Source of the DNA: Chiloscyllium plagiosum
Taxonomy: Eukaryota
Direction: 5' to 3'
Assembly (NCBI RefSeq): GCF_004010195.1
Contig: NC_057746.1
Coordinates: forward strand, 6,889,747 to 6,953,746
DNA length: 64,000 bases
Below the pieces are notes generated by a model that had not been told where the DNA came from, ran no database searches, and saw only the letters and a program-made list of their open reading frames with translations. The position numbers were made by a program, and so were the translations under genes. Positions 12,305 to 22,945 of this stretch are shown here, one piece after another (position 1 is the first letter of the stretch; the number at the start of each line of letters is the position of its first letter).

Positions 12305-12765
12305 GAGAGAGAGCCAATTACAGGGGGGATTCACACATAGAGAGCCAATCACAGGGAGGGATCACCCACAGAGCCAATCACAGGGAGGTATCTCACACAG
12401 ACAGGGACCGTCAATCACACAGAGGGATCACACGTTGAGAACCAATCACATGGAGGGATCATGCAGACAGAGTCAATCACAGGTAGGGAATCACACACAC
12501 AGAACCAATCACAGGGAGGGATCTCACACAGAGAACTAATCACAGGGAAGGATCACACACACACAGGGACCGCCAATCACATGATATTTTAACAGTGGAG
12601 TGTCTCATTAATACCTGAAATAAACCATAGAAAAACTCTCAGCATCTTCCTTTTTCTGAAGACACTATGATACAGAATGTAATATAAGGCCATTAAAGAT
12701 GTCACACTCACAGAGCCAATCACAGGGAGGGATCACACACAGAGAGCCAATCACAGCCCCCACCC
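12305..12765. repeat. Degenerate about 30-bp CCAAT-containing repeat in MHC-I intron 2
   Basis: agagccaatcacagggagggatcacacac repeated about 9 times (12305-12582) and twice more (12710-12765). Confidence 0.85.
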
Positions 12766-12815
12766 CCAAAGGATCACCCCCTCCCTCCGCAGGGGGTGAC
12801 CCCCTAGTCACTTAC

Positions 12816-13076
12816 CCCTGGTCTGGTTGGTCCTCTCCATTAGCGTCTGGATAGCGACCTTTCCCGACGACTCCCAGCCCCGCAGTTTCTGTGTGTTCTG
12901 ATCCCAGTAATCAGCTGCCACATTCTTCGTGATCCAACGCTGCCGAGGGGTGTACTGCTGGATCTTACTATCATAGTAAACAAACTGCTGATCATCCACA
13001 TAACCCACATCAGTGTACTCAGGGAATTCCGACAAGGAACTGACGGCAGTGTGCAGGTATCGCAGGGAGTGAGTCA
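12816..13076 (-). CDS. UAA: MHC class I heavy chain exon 2 (alpha1), classical UAA-like
   Basis: (V)THSLRYLHT...GYVDDQQFVYYDS...PRQRW...DYWDQNTQ...MERTNQTR; tttcag acceptor and gtaagt donor; 261 bp; Y7, Y59, R84 and the N86 sequon (NQT) are present. Confidence 0.95.
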
Positions 13077-13134
13077 CTGAAATAAAACACAGGCACAGGT
13101 CATCCTCTCCAGGCTCGGCCCGAGATTCAATTCA

Positions 13135-14105
13135 CCAATAAATACACCCCAAAATACAGAGCTCCTTGTAAATAAACCCTAAAACACAGGGCCCCATGTA
13201 AATAAACCCTAAAACACAGTGTACACTATAAATAAACCCTAAAACAGACAGCCCCCTGTAAATAAACCCTAAAACACAGGGCCCCCTGTAAATAAACCCT
13301 AAAACACAGAGCTCCCTGTAAATAAACCCTAAAACACAGGGCCCCCTGTAAATAAACCCTAAAACCCAGGGCCCCCTGTAAATAAACCCTAAAACACAGG
13401 GCCCCCTGTAAATAAACCCCAAAACACAGGGCCCCCTGTAAATAAATCCTAAAACACAGGGCCCCCTGTAAATAAACCCTAAAACACAGGGCCCCCTGTA
13501 AATAGACCCCAAAACACAGAGCCCCCTGTAAATAAACCCTAAAACACAGGGCCCTCTGTAAATAATCCCTAAAACACAGGGCCCCCTGTAAATAAACCCT
13601 AAAACACAGAGCCCCCTGTAAATAAACCCTAAAACACAGAGCCCCCTGTAAATAATCCCTAAAACACAGGGCCCCCTGTAAATAAACCCTAAAACACTGA
13701 GCCCCCTGTAAATAATCCCTAAAACACAGGGCCCCCTGTAAATAATCCCTAAAACACAGGGTCCCCTGTAAATAAACCCTAAAACACAGGGCCCCCTGTA
13801 AATAATCCCTAAAACACAGGGCCCCCTGTAAATAAACCCCAAAACACAGAGCCCCCTGTAAATAATCCCTAAAACACAGGGCCCCCTGTAAATAATCCCT
13901 AAAACACAGGGCCCCCTGTAAATAAACCCCAAAACACAGAGCCCCCTGTAAATAATCCCTAAAACACAGGGCCCCCTCCAAATAATCCCTAAAACACAGG
14001 GCCCCCTGTAAATAAACCCTAAAACACAGGGCCCCCTGTAAATAAACCCTAAAACACAGGGCCCCCTGTAAATAAACCCTAAAACACAGAGCTCCCTGTA
14101 AATAG
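13135..14105. repeat. 30-bp minisatellite (about 32 copies) at the 3' end of MHC-I intron 1
   Basis: Unit gtaaataaaccctaaaacacagggccccct in perfect 30-bp register. Confidence 0.97.
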
Positions 14106-14534
14106 ACCCCGATACTGAGCCCGCAGACACACTGTGTGAAGCAGGGACCCCAGCGATCAGTGGCCCAGTGTGAAGCCTGTGTACAGCCAAGGGTCAGACC
14201 ATGTGGAGACCCCCCGGTGCTGATCAGCTACAGAGATCCCTCAGAGACAGTCATGTTTGTATTATAACATGCCTTCTTGTTTTTCTGACCTGTAGTTATA
14301 CTTTGTATCGCTGTAATGTACCTTTTTCTTCTTCATTCTTTTTATTCCATAACTAAGGAACATCCCTCAATACTTTGTCTGTAAGATAGTAGTCAGCTGG
14401 TGATATCATTGCACTGTAACCAATGTAAAGCTGAATAAACTGTACATTGTACCTAAAATGGCGCTCTAAGTGGTGACCTATCAACTTTGCATTGAATTGA
14501 GAACATATGACAATAAAACTAATTCAATTCAATA

Positions 14535-14835
14535 CATTTATCACTGGGCTATTAGTCTGGAGACTCTCATAATGTCCTGGGGACACAGGTTCGAATCGAA
14601 GCCCAGCAGATGGTGGAATGTGCATCTGTAGAATCTGGAATTAAGTGTGTATCAATGACCACAAATCCATTATTAGGAAAAGCTCATCAGGTTCACTAAT
14701 GTCCTTTAGGGAAGGAAATCTACCTTCCTTACCTCCCCTACATGTGACTCCAGACCCACAGTAATGTGGTTTACTCTTCACTGCCCTGTGGGCAATGCAG
14801 GCCCAGTCAGAAATACCCACATTCTGTGAGTGAAT
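14535..14835 (+). mobile_element. Second tRNA-derived SINE family; copies at 23385-23680 and 38120-38840
   Basis: ggttcgaatc B-box and shared core ggttcactaatgtcctttagggaaggaaa...tgtgactccagacccacag. Confidence 0.65.
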
Positions 14836-16739
14836 ATAATTATGTAATAAAAATCATACTTTAAAAATATTATTAGAAAAATGAAATGTTCCCTGTGAAA
14901 TTCAGACCTTTTCAAGTGAGTGAGGTATGTGGAACAGATTTCAAATCGTGAATAATCAGAAATCACTGAGTTGAGTTGAATTTGAAAACCTGGCTGCTCT
15001 CACAATGGTGCTGGTGGATTTGAAACGTTAACATTTTGGTCCTTCTTTAACTTGCTGTATGCACGATGTAGCAAATCCCTCTTGTCAGGCCATAACCAGA
15101 ATAGAGGCAAGTAAATGGGATGGTTATGAGCAACCAATTCAGCTGCAGACAGTGGGTGAGCCGGGGAACTGTTTGTAACATGTGCCTCGATAATAAAAAT
15201 GTTGGGAACCACTGCCCTGATGAAATAGTGTTATTTATCTCCAGGGACAGCATACAATGGGATGGAGTTATATTCCATCTGTACAGACCCTGTTCAGACT
15301 ACAGCTGGAGAACTATGTTCAGTTCTGCACACTGCAGCTCAGGGAGGAGGTGCTGGCCTGGGAGGGAGTGCAGCGTACAGTCACCTTAATGTGCTTGGAA
15401 ATTAAATGGTTAAATTCAGAGGGTCTGTAATCCTTTCATTGAGAAGATTGGGGTGAGTGAATGGAAGGGTTTAAAATATGAATGATACTATATTCCCAAA
15501 ACTGAAGTGAACAACTGAGCATGTAATTCCAACTTAACTTTACCCCATCTCACCTCCACCTGCTCCTGAAACCTTCATTCTGGAGACGACTATTCCGAAG
15601 GCCTCCTGACTGGAATCTCACAGTTCACCCTCCAATTCACCCCAGCTCCAGTTGAAATACACCCAACCCCAACTCCCCCATTCCCCCATCTCCCATCTCC
15701 TGCTCATTGACCTCCACTGGCTCCTGGTCAAACAACAACACCATTTTATATTTTTATACTTGTTTTCAAGTCCCTTTGTGACCTTCCCCCCTCCCCCACC
15801 CCCGAGTCTCTATCATTTCTTACAAACCCACAACCCTTTCAGAGACCACTTCAACAACTCTCCCTCTTGCTGCACCCTCAGCTATCAAAGGCCCAGTCTA
15901 GGGAATTCCTTCCCTAAACCTCTCCGTCTCTCCAGCTCACCTTCCACCTTTCAGGCCTACCATTTAACTCCCCTCTTTGACCTTAGAATAGAATCCCCTA
16001 TTGTGTGGAAACAGGCCTTTCGGCCCAACAAGTCTAAACCGACCCTCCAAAGAGTAACTCACTCACACACATCCCCCTACTGTATTACTCCTATATTTAC
16101 TCCTGATCAATGCATCTAACCTACACATCCCTGAACACTATGGGCAATTTAGCATGACCAATTCACCCAACCTGCACATCTTTGGACTGTGGGAGGAAAC
16201 CAGAGCACCTGGAGGAAACCTACGCAGACACGGGGAAAATGTGCAAAATCCACACAGACAGTTGCCCAAGGCTGGAATTGAACCCAGGACCCTGGTACTG
16301 TGAGGTAGCAGCACGAAACACTGAGCCACCCTGTCTGAACATCTTCTTGTGGGGCTCAATGTCTGACTATTTTATAACAATCCCAAGAGGAACTTTCAAC
16401 ACAGGTTTCAGATCCAGAGGAACTACTCCCTCTGCTGGGAGCAGACATAACCGGTGACATAATCTGAACATTAACCCTCGACTGTTCAGGAGAGGAATCA
16501 GGAAACAGTTACTCACACATTCTCCTCACAAAGCTGGAGAAACTGGGGAATAATTGCAGTTTTTGGTACAGAAGGATATAGGCTTTTACAAAAAAAAACT
16601 GCAGATTTTGGAAATCTGAATCCAAATTGAAAGTGCTGGAAATCCCTAGTAGCTTTGTTTGTCTGTGTGAAGAGAAAAGCAGTTGGTATTTCTGGGCAAT
16701 GATCGATGATCAACCTGTGACTGCTGTTCCCTCTCTATA

Positions 16740-16945
16740 ATGTGGAGGAGCCGGTGTTGGACTGGGGTGGACACTGTTAAAATCACACAACACCAGGTTA
16801 TAGTCCAACAGATTTATTTGGAAGCACTAGCTTTTGGAGCGCTGCTCCTTCATCAGATAGCTGTGAAGCAGGTTCAGAAGACACAGAATTTATAGCTAAA
16901 GGTTACAGTGTCATGCAGCTGAAATGATATATTGAACAAACCAGG
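16740..16945 (-). mobile_element. Family-2 hammerhead short repeat; related copies at 25737-25925, 27362-27790 and 35155-35210
   Basis: Minus strand CTGATGA-A-GGAGC-AGC-GCTCC-(A/G)AAAG-CTA at 16856-16828; shared flank aaaatcacacaacaccaggttatagtccaacag. Confidence 0.65.
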
Positions 16946-17279
16946 AGATTGAGCAAAGCTGGGGAATGAGTGACAGGTCAGCTCTGATCGAATTGGACAT
17001 TGGTGGGACTGACTGGAGGGAACAAACCTTTGTTGACCCCTCTCTCCACCCTCAGCACACTCATTCTCAGACCCTAACATCAACTCTCTTTCTACTGTCT
17101 CATCACCCTAAGCCCCTCACCCACACACCATCTCTCTCCCTCCAGCCTCATCACTCTGTCCCTCAGTCACCTACACAGTCTCCCAGTCTCTCTCACCAGC
17201 CCCTGATCCCAGTGTCAACTTACCCCCAACCAGTTCTTATTGTCTGTTTCTTTCCCCACTCCAGCACTAAGGCCCTTTC

Positions 17280-17480
17280 TGACCCCACTGACCTGGGGTT
17301 AATGCCCCAATACCCAGTCTGGTATTGAGACCCTCTCTGTGCCCATTACCCACTGACTGAGGATTAATGCCCAGTACACAGCCTGACACTGAGACCCTCT
17401 CTGTGCCCATTACCCACTGACCAAGTGTTAATGCTCCAATACCCACACTGACACTGAGATCCCCTCTATGCCCATTACTC
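17280..17480. repeat. About 60-bp tandem repeat (3-3.5 copies) at the start of intron 1; also at 26260-26460
   Basis: cccactgac...ttaatgcccaatacccag...tgagaccctctctgtgcccattac repeated. Confidence 0.75.
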
Positions 17481-17482
17481 AC

Positions 17483-17534
17483 CTGCAGATGCCCCTCCAC
17501 ACAGAAGGATGAGAAGTATGAGTCTCATCATCAT
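17483..17534 (-). CDS. MHC class I heavy chain exon 1 (leader), copy A, proximal
   Basis: Minus strand reads MMMRLILLILLCGGASA+G, then donor gtgagt (phase 1). Joins exon 2 in frame (G+TG = Val). Not in the ORF track. Confidence 0.85.
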
Positions 17535-18082
17535 TATTATTTTCCTTCTCCGAGGTTGAAGAACAGTCTGTATTCACTGCTTTTGAAAGAGTTGATCTTG
17601 GAGCTGGACAGATGCTGCCATTCTCCTGCTCTGCCTCTCTCTGTGTGTGCTCCAACCCAGAGCTCCACCCTAGTCCAATACCAGCTCCGTCATGTGAAAC
17701 AGACATGACAAAAACCAGGAAGTGCTGCTAAAAATTTATAAAATCTTGTTTTGTCTCTGGCTGGAGGATTGTGTTCTGTTCTAGGCCCTCCCATTTCAGG
17801 AGAGGGGTAAAGGCCTTACAGAGAGTGTGGACAGTTATTTGGATGATACACTGGGTGAAGGATACATTTCTGATCATACTCCAGCAAGGAGGGGTCACAC
17901 TGAAGGAGCTTTACAGAGGATGGTGTCAGGACAGGAGAGTGTTAATAATGAGGGAAGATCTACATTCAAACAGAGGAGACGAATGGGAGATTTATTGAGG
18001 GTTATAAAATCAGAATGGGACCCCCACAGAGAGCGAGGAAGGACATTTCTACATACATATTGGAGTTGGCCACTCCACCCCT

Positions 18083-18176
18083 CAAATCCTGATGAAGGGC
18101 TTAAGCCCGAAATATCGACTCTCCTGCTGCTCAGATGCTGCCTGACCTGCTGTGCTTTCCCAGCACCACTCTCTCA
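18083..18176 (+). ncRNA. Minimal hammerhead-ribozyme motif in a short repeat (family 1)
   Basis: CTGATGA-A-GGGC-TTAA-GCCC-GAAA-T-ATC at 18089-18116; paralogous degenerate copy at 31720-31760. Confidence 0.6.
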
Positions 18177-18959
18177 ACAAGAACGTACTTCATCTTCAAT
18201 GGACATATTCAAGGATCTCGGGAAGAGAGTTCCAAACATTCATGGACCTCGGAGGGAATGGTTTGCCATATTTTTGTTTTGAATGAGCAAGTCCTTACTT
18301 TTAAACAGTGACTCCCTATTTCTAGACTCTCCCACAAGAGAGCACACCCTTTCTACACCTGCCCTGTCAAGAGACCTCAATATCGAACATGTTTCAATCA
18401 AGTTGTCTCTTACACTTTGAAACTGCATGTCTCCCCTGTCCAACCTTATGTCATAAGGNNNNNNNNNNNNNNNNNNNNNNNNNNNNNNNNNNNNNNNNNN
18501 NNNNNNNNNNNNNNNNNNNNNNNNNNNNNNNNNNNNNNNNNNNNNNNNNNNNNNNNNNNNNNNNNNNNNNNNNNNNNNNNNNNNNNNNNNNNNNNNNNNN
18601 NNNNNNNNNNNNNNNNNNNNNNNNNNNNNNNNNNNNNNNNNNNNNNNNNNNNNNNNNNNNNNNNNNNNNNNNNNNNNNNNNNNNNNNNNNNNNNNNNNNN
18701 NNNNNNNNNNNNNNNNNNNNNNNNNNNNNNNNNNNNNNNNNNNNNNNNNNNNNNNNNNNNNNNNNNNNNNNNNNNNNNNNNNNNNNNNNNNNNNNNNNNN
18801 NNNNNNNNNNNNNNNNNNNNNNNNNNNNNNNNNNNNNNNNNNNNNNNNNNNNNNNNNNNNNNNNNNNNNNNNNNNNNNNNNNNNNNNNNNNNNNNNNNNN
18901 NNNNNNNNNNNNNNNNNNNNNNNNNNNNNNNNNNNNNNNNNNNNNNNNNNNNNNNNNNA

Positions 18960-21900
18960 CACAGGGATCCCTGTAAATAAACCCCAAAATGAAGAGCCCC
19001 CTGTAAATAAACTCTAAAACACAGGGCCCCCTGGAAATAAACCCTAAAACCCAGACTCCTGTAATAAACCCTAAAACACAGAGCCCATTGAAAATAAATC
19101 CTAAAACACAGAGCTCCCAGTAAATAATCCCTTAAATGCAGATCACCCGGTAAATAAACCCAAAAACACAGGGCCCTGTAAATAAACTCTGAAACACAGA
19201 GCACCCTGTAAATAAACCCCAAAATACAGAGCCCGCATTAATAAACCCTAAAATGCAGAGCCCCCTGTAAATAAACCCCAAAACACAGGGCCCCCTGTAA
19301 ATAAACCCTAAAACACAGGGCCCCCTGTAAATAAACCACAAAACACAGAACACCCTGAAAATAAACCCTAAAACACAGGGCCCACTGTAAATAAACCCTA
19401 AAATGCAGAGCCCCCTGTAAATAAACCCCAAAACACAGGGCCCACTGTAAATAAACCCCAAAACACAGGGCCCACTGTAAATAAACCCGAAAACACAGGG
19501 CCCACTGTAAATAAACCCGAAAACACAGAGCCCACTGTAAATAAACCCGAAAACACAGAGCCCACTGTAAATAAACCCCAAAACACAGGGCCCACTGTAA
19601 ATAAACCCCAAAACACAGGGACCCTGTAAATAAATCCTGAAACACAGAGCTCCCTGTAAATAATCTGTAAATGTAGAGCCCCTGTAAATATACCCTAAAA
19701 CACGAAGCCCCCTGTTAATAATCCCTAAAACACACAGCCTCCTATAAATAAACCCTAAAAAGCAGGGCTCCCTGTAAATAAACCCTAAAACACATGGTCC
19801 CCTGTAAATAAACCCGAAAACAGAGCTTCCTGTAAATAAACTCTGAAACACAGAGCACCCTGTAAATAAACCCCAAAATGCAGAGCCCCCTGTAAATAAA
19901 CTGAAAAATACATAGCCCCCTGTAAATAATCCCTAAAACACAGGATCCCCTGTAAATAAACCCTAAAACACAGAGCCCCCTGTAAATAAACCCGAAAACA
20001 GAGCTTCCTGTAAATAAACTCTGAAACACAGAGCACCCTGTAAATAAACCCCAAAATACAGAGCCCGCATTAATAAACCCTAAAATGCAGAGCCCCCTGT
20101 AAATAAACCCCAAAACACAGGGCCCACTGTAAATAAACCCCAAAACACAGGGCCCNNNNNNNNNNNNNNNNNNNNNNNNNNNNNNNNNNNNNNNNNNNNN
20201 NNNNNNNNNNNNNNNNNNNNNNNNNNNNNNNNNNNNNNNNNNNNNNNNNNNNNNNNNNNNNNNNNNNNNNNNNNNNNNNNNNNNNNNNNNNNNNNNNNNN
20301 NNNNNNNNNNNNNNNNNNNNNNNNNNNNNNNNNNNNNNNNNNNNNNNNNNNNNNNNNNNNNNNNNNNNNNNNNNNNNNNNNNNNNNNNNNNNNNNNNNNN
20401 NNNNNNNNNNNNNNNNNNNNNNNNNNNNNNNNNNNNNNNNNNNNNNNNNNNNNNNNNNNNNNNNNNNNNNNNNNNNNNNNNNNNNNNNNNNNNNNNNNNN
20501 NNNNNNNNNNNNNNNNNNNNNNNNNNNNNNNNNNNNNNNNNNNNNNNNNNNNNNNNNNNNNNNNNNNNNNNGTGTTGCTGGAAAAGCGCAGCAGGTCAAG
20601 CAGCATCCAAGGAGCAGGAGAATCGATGTTTCGAGCATGAGCCCTTCTTCAGGAAAACACAGAAGCCCCCTGTAAATAAACCCTAAAACCCAGGGCCCTG
20701 TAAATAAATCCTGAAAAACACAGCCCCCTGTAAATAATCCCTAAAATACAGGGCCCTGTGGAAACAAACCAGAAAACTCCCTGTAAAAAAAACCCTAAAA
20801 ACACACAACCCCTGTAAATAAACGCTGAAACACAGGGTCCTTTAGAAATGAACACTAAAATACAGGGCTCCCTGGAACTACATCTGAAAAAACAGGGCTC
20901 CCTTGAAATAAACACTTAAAACACAGGCCCCCCCCCCCGTAAAAAAACGAAAACCCAGAGCCCTGTAAATACACCCGAAAACGCACCGTCCCCTGTAAAT
21001 ACACCCGAAAACGCACCGTCCCCTGTAAATACACCCGAAAACGCACCGTCCCCTGTAAATAAACGCTGAAACACAGGGTCCTTTGGAAATGAACACAAAA
21101 ATACAGGGCACCCTGTAACTACATCCGAACAAACAGGGCTCCCTTGAAATAAACCCTTAAAACACAGGGCCCCCTGTAAATAAACCCGAAAACCCATTGC
21201 CGCCTATAAATAATCCCTAAAACACAGTCCCCTGTAAATAAAAGCTAAAATAAACAGCCCCCTGTAAATAATCCCTAAAACACACAGTCCCCTGTAAATA
21301 ATCCCTAAAACCACAGGGCCCTGTGTAAATAAACCCTAAAACACACAGTCCCCTGTAAATAAAGCCTAAAACACAGAGCCCGCTGTAAATAATCCCTAAA
21401 ATACAGGGCCCTGTGGAAACAAACCAGAAAACTCCCTGTAAAAAAAACCCTAAAAACACACAACCCCTGTAAATAAACGCTGAAACACAGGGTCCTTTAG
21501 AAATGAACACTAAAATACAGGGCCCCCTGGAACTACATCCGAACAAACAGGGCTCCCTTGAAATAAACCCTTAAAACACAGGGCCCCCCCGTACATAAAG
21601 CCAAAAACCCAGGGCCACCTGCAAATAATCCCTAAAACACACAGCCCCGAGTAAATAAACGCAAAAACACACAGCCCCCTGGAAATAATCCCAAAACATA
21701 GGGCCTTGTGTAAATAAACCCTAAAACACAGTCCCCTGTAAATAAACCCCAAAACACAGAGCCACCTGGAAACAAACCCGAAAACCCAGGGCCCCCTGTT
21801 TAAAAAAAACCCTAAATGCAGAGCCCCCTGTAAATAAACCCTAGGTGTGGACTTGTAGGGCCGAAGGGCCTGTTTCCACACTGTAAGTAATCTAAATCTA

Positions 21901-22945
21901 AATCTAAAATGCAGAGCCCCCTGTAAATAAACCCAAAGACACAGGAATTCCTGGAAATAAACCATAAAACCCAGGGCCCTGTAATAAACCCAGGTTCCCC
22001 TGTCAATAATCCCTAAAACACAGAAACCACTGTAAATAATCCCTAAAACACAGGTCCCCCTGTCAATAATCTATAAAACACACAGCCCCCAGTAAATAAC
22101 CCCTAAAACACAGAACCCCCTGTAAATTATCACTAAAACACAGAGCTCCCTGTAAATAAACCCTAAAATACAGAGCCTCCTGTAAATAATTCCTAAAACA
22201 CAGGGTCCCTTGTAAATAATCCCGAAAACACAGCTTCCTGTAACGAATCCTAAGAACATAATGCCACTTGTAAGTAAACCCTAAAACACAGGGCACCCGT
22301 AAATAACCCCTAAATCACAGAACCCCCTCTAAATAATCCCTAAAACATAGAGCCCCCTGTAAATAAACCCTAAAACCACAGAACCCCCTGTAAATAAACC
22401 CTAAAAACAAGGGTGTCCTGTGAATAAACACTAAAACACAGGGCCCTCTGTAAAATAAATCCGAAAACACAGGGCCCCCTGGAAATACACCCTTAAACCA
22501 CAGGACCCTTGTAAATATACCCTAAAACACAGGGCTCCCTGTAAATAAACCCTAAAACACAGGGCTCCCTGTAAATAAACCATAAAACACACAACTTGCT
22601 GTTAGTAAACAATAAAACACAGAGTTCCCTGTAAATACACCCTAAAAAAAAGAAAGACCCCAGTAAATAAACCCTAAAACACAAGTGCGCCCTGTAAATA
22701 ATCCCTAAAACACACAACTCCCAGTAAAATAAACCCTAAAACACAGAGCTCCCTGTAAATACACCCTAAAAAAGAAAGCCCCCAGTAAATAAACCCTAAA
22801 ACATGGGGCACCTGTAAATAAACCCTAAAATACAGAGCCCCTTGTAAAAAAAATCGTAAAACTCAGAGCCCTCAGTAAATTAAACCCCAAAACACAGAGC
22901 TCCCTGTAAAAAACCCTAAAACACAGAGCTCCCTGTAAATAGACC
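18960..22945. repeat. Second, longer and more degenerate array of the same 30-bp minisatellite
   Basis: Same unit with many indels; spans a gap; ends in the same unique flank (aatagaccccgatactga...) as 14101. Confidence 0.95.
20572..20654 (-). mobile_element. Family-1 hammerhead short repeat inside the minisatellite
   Basis: Minus strand cCTGAAGAagggctcatgctcGAAACATC plus the family tail. Confidence 0.7.

Noticed and set aside
13135-14105. Repeated AATAAA as polyadenylation signals
   Set aside because: They are on the plus strand, antisense to the class I transcript.
13132-14190. 352-aa ORF of (GPCVLGFIYR)n and the overlapping 251-aa ORF; similar ORFs at 19132-22717
   Set aside because: By-product of a stop-free 30-bp minisatellite in an intron; several frames are open and there is no gene structure.
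15000-17500. Short ORFs conserved between 15000-17500 and 23850-26481
   Set aside because: Conservation is explained by the recent segmental duplication of intron 1; no recognisable domains.
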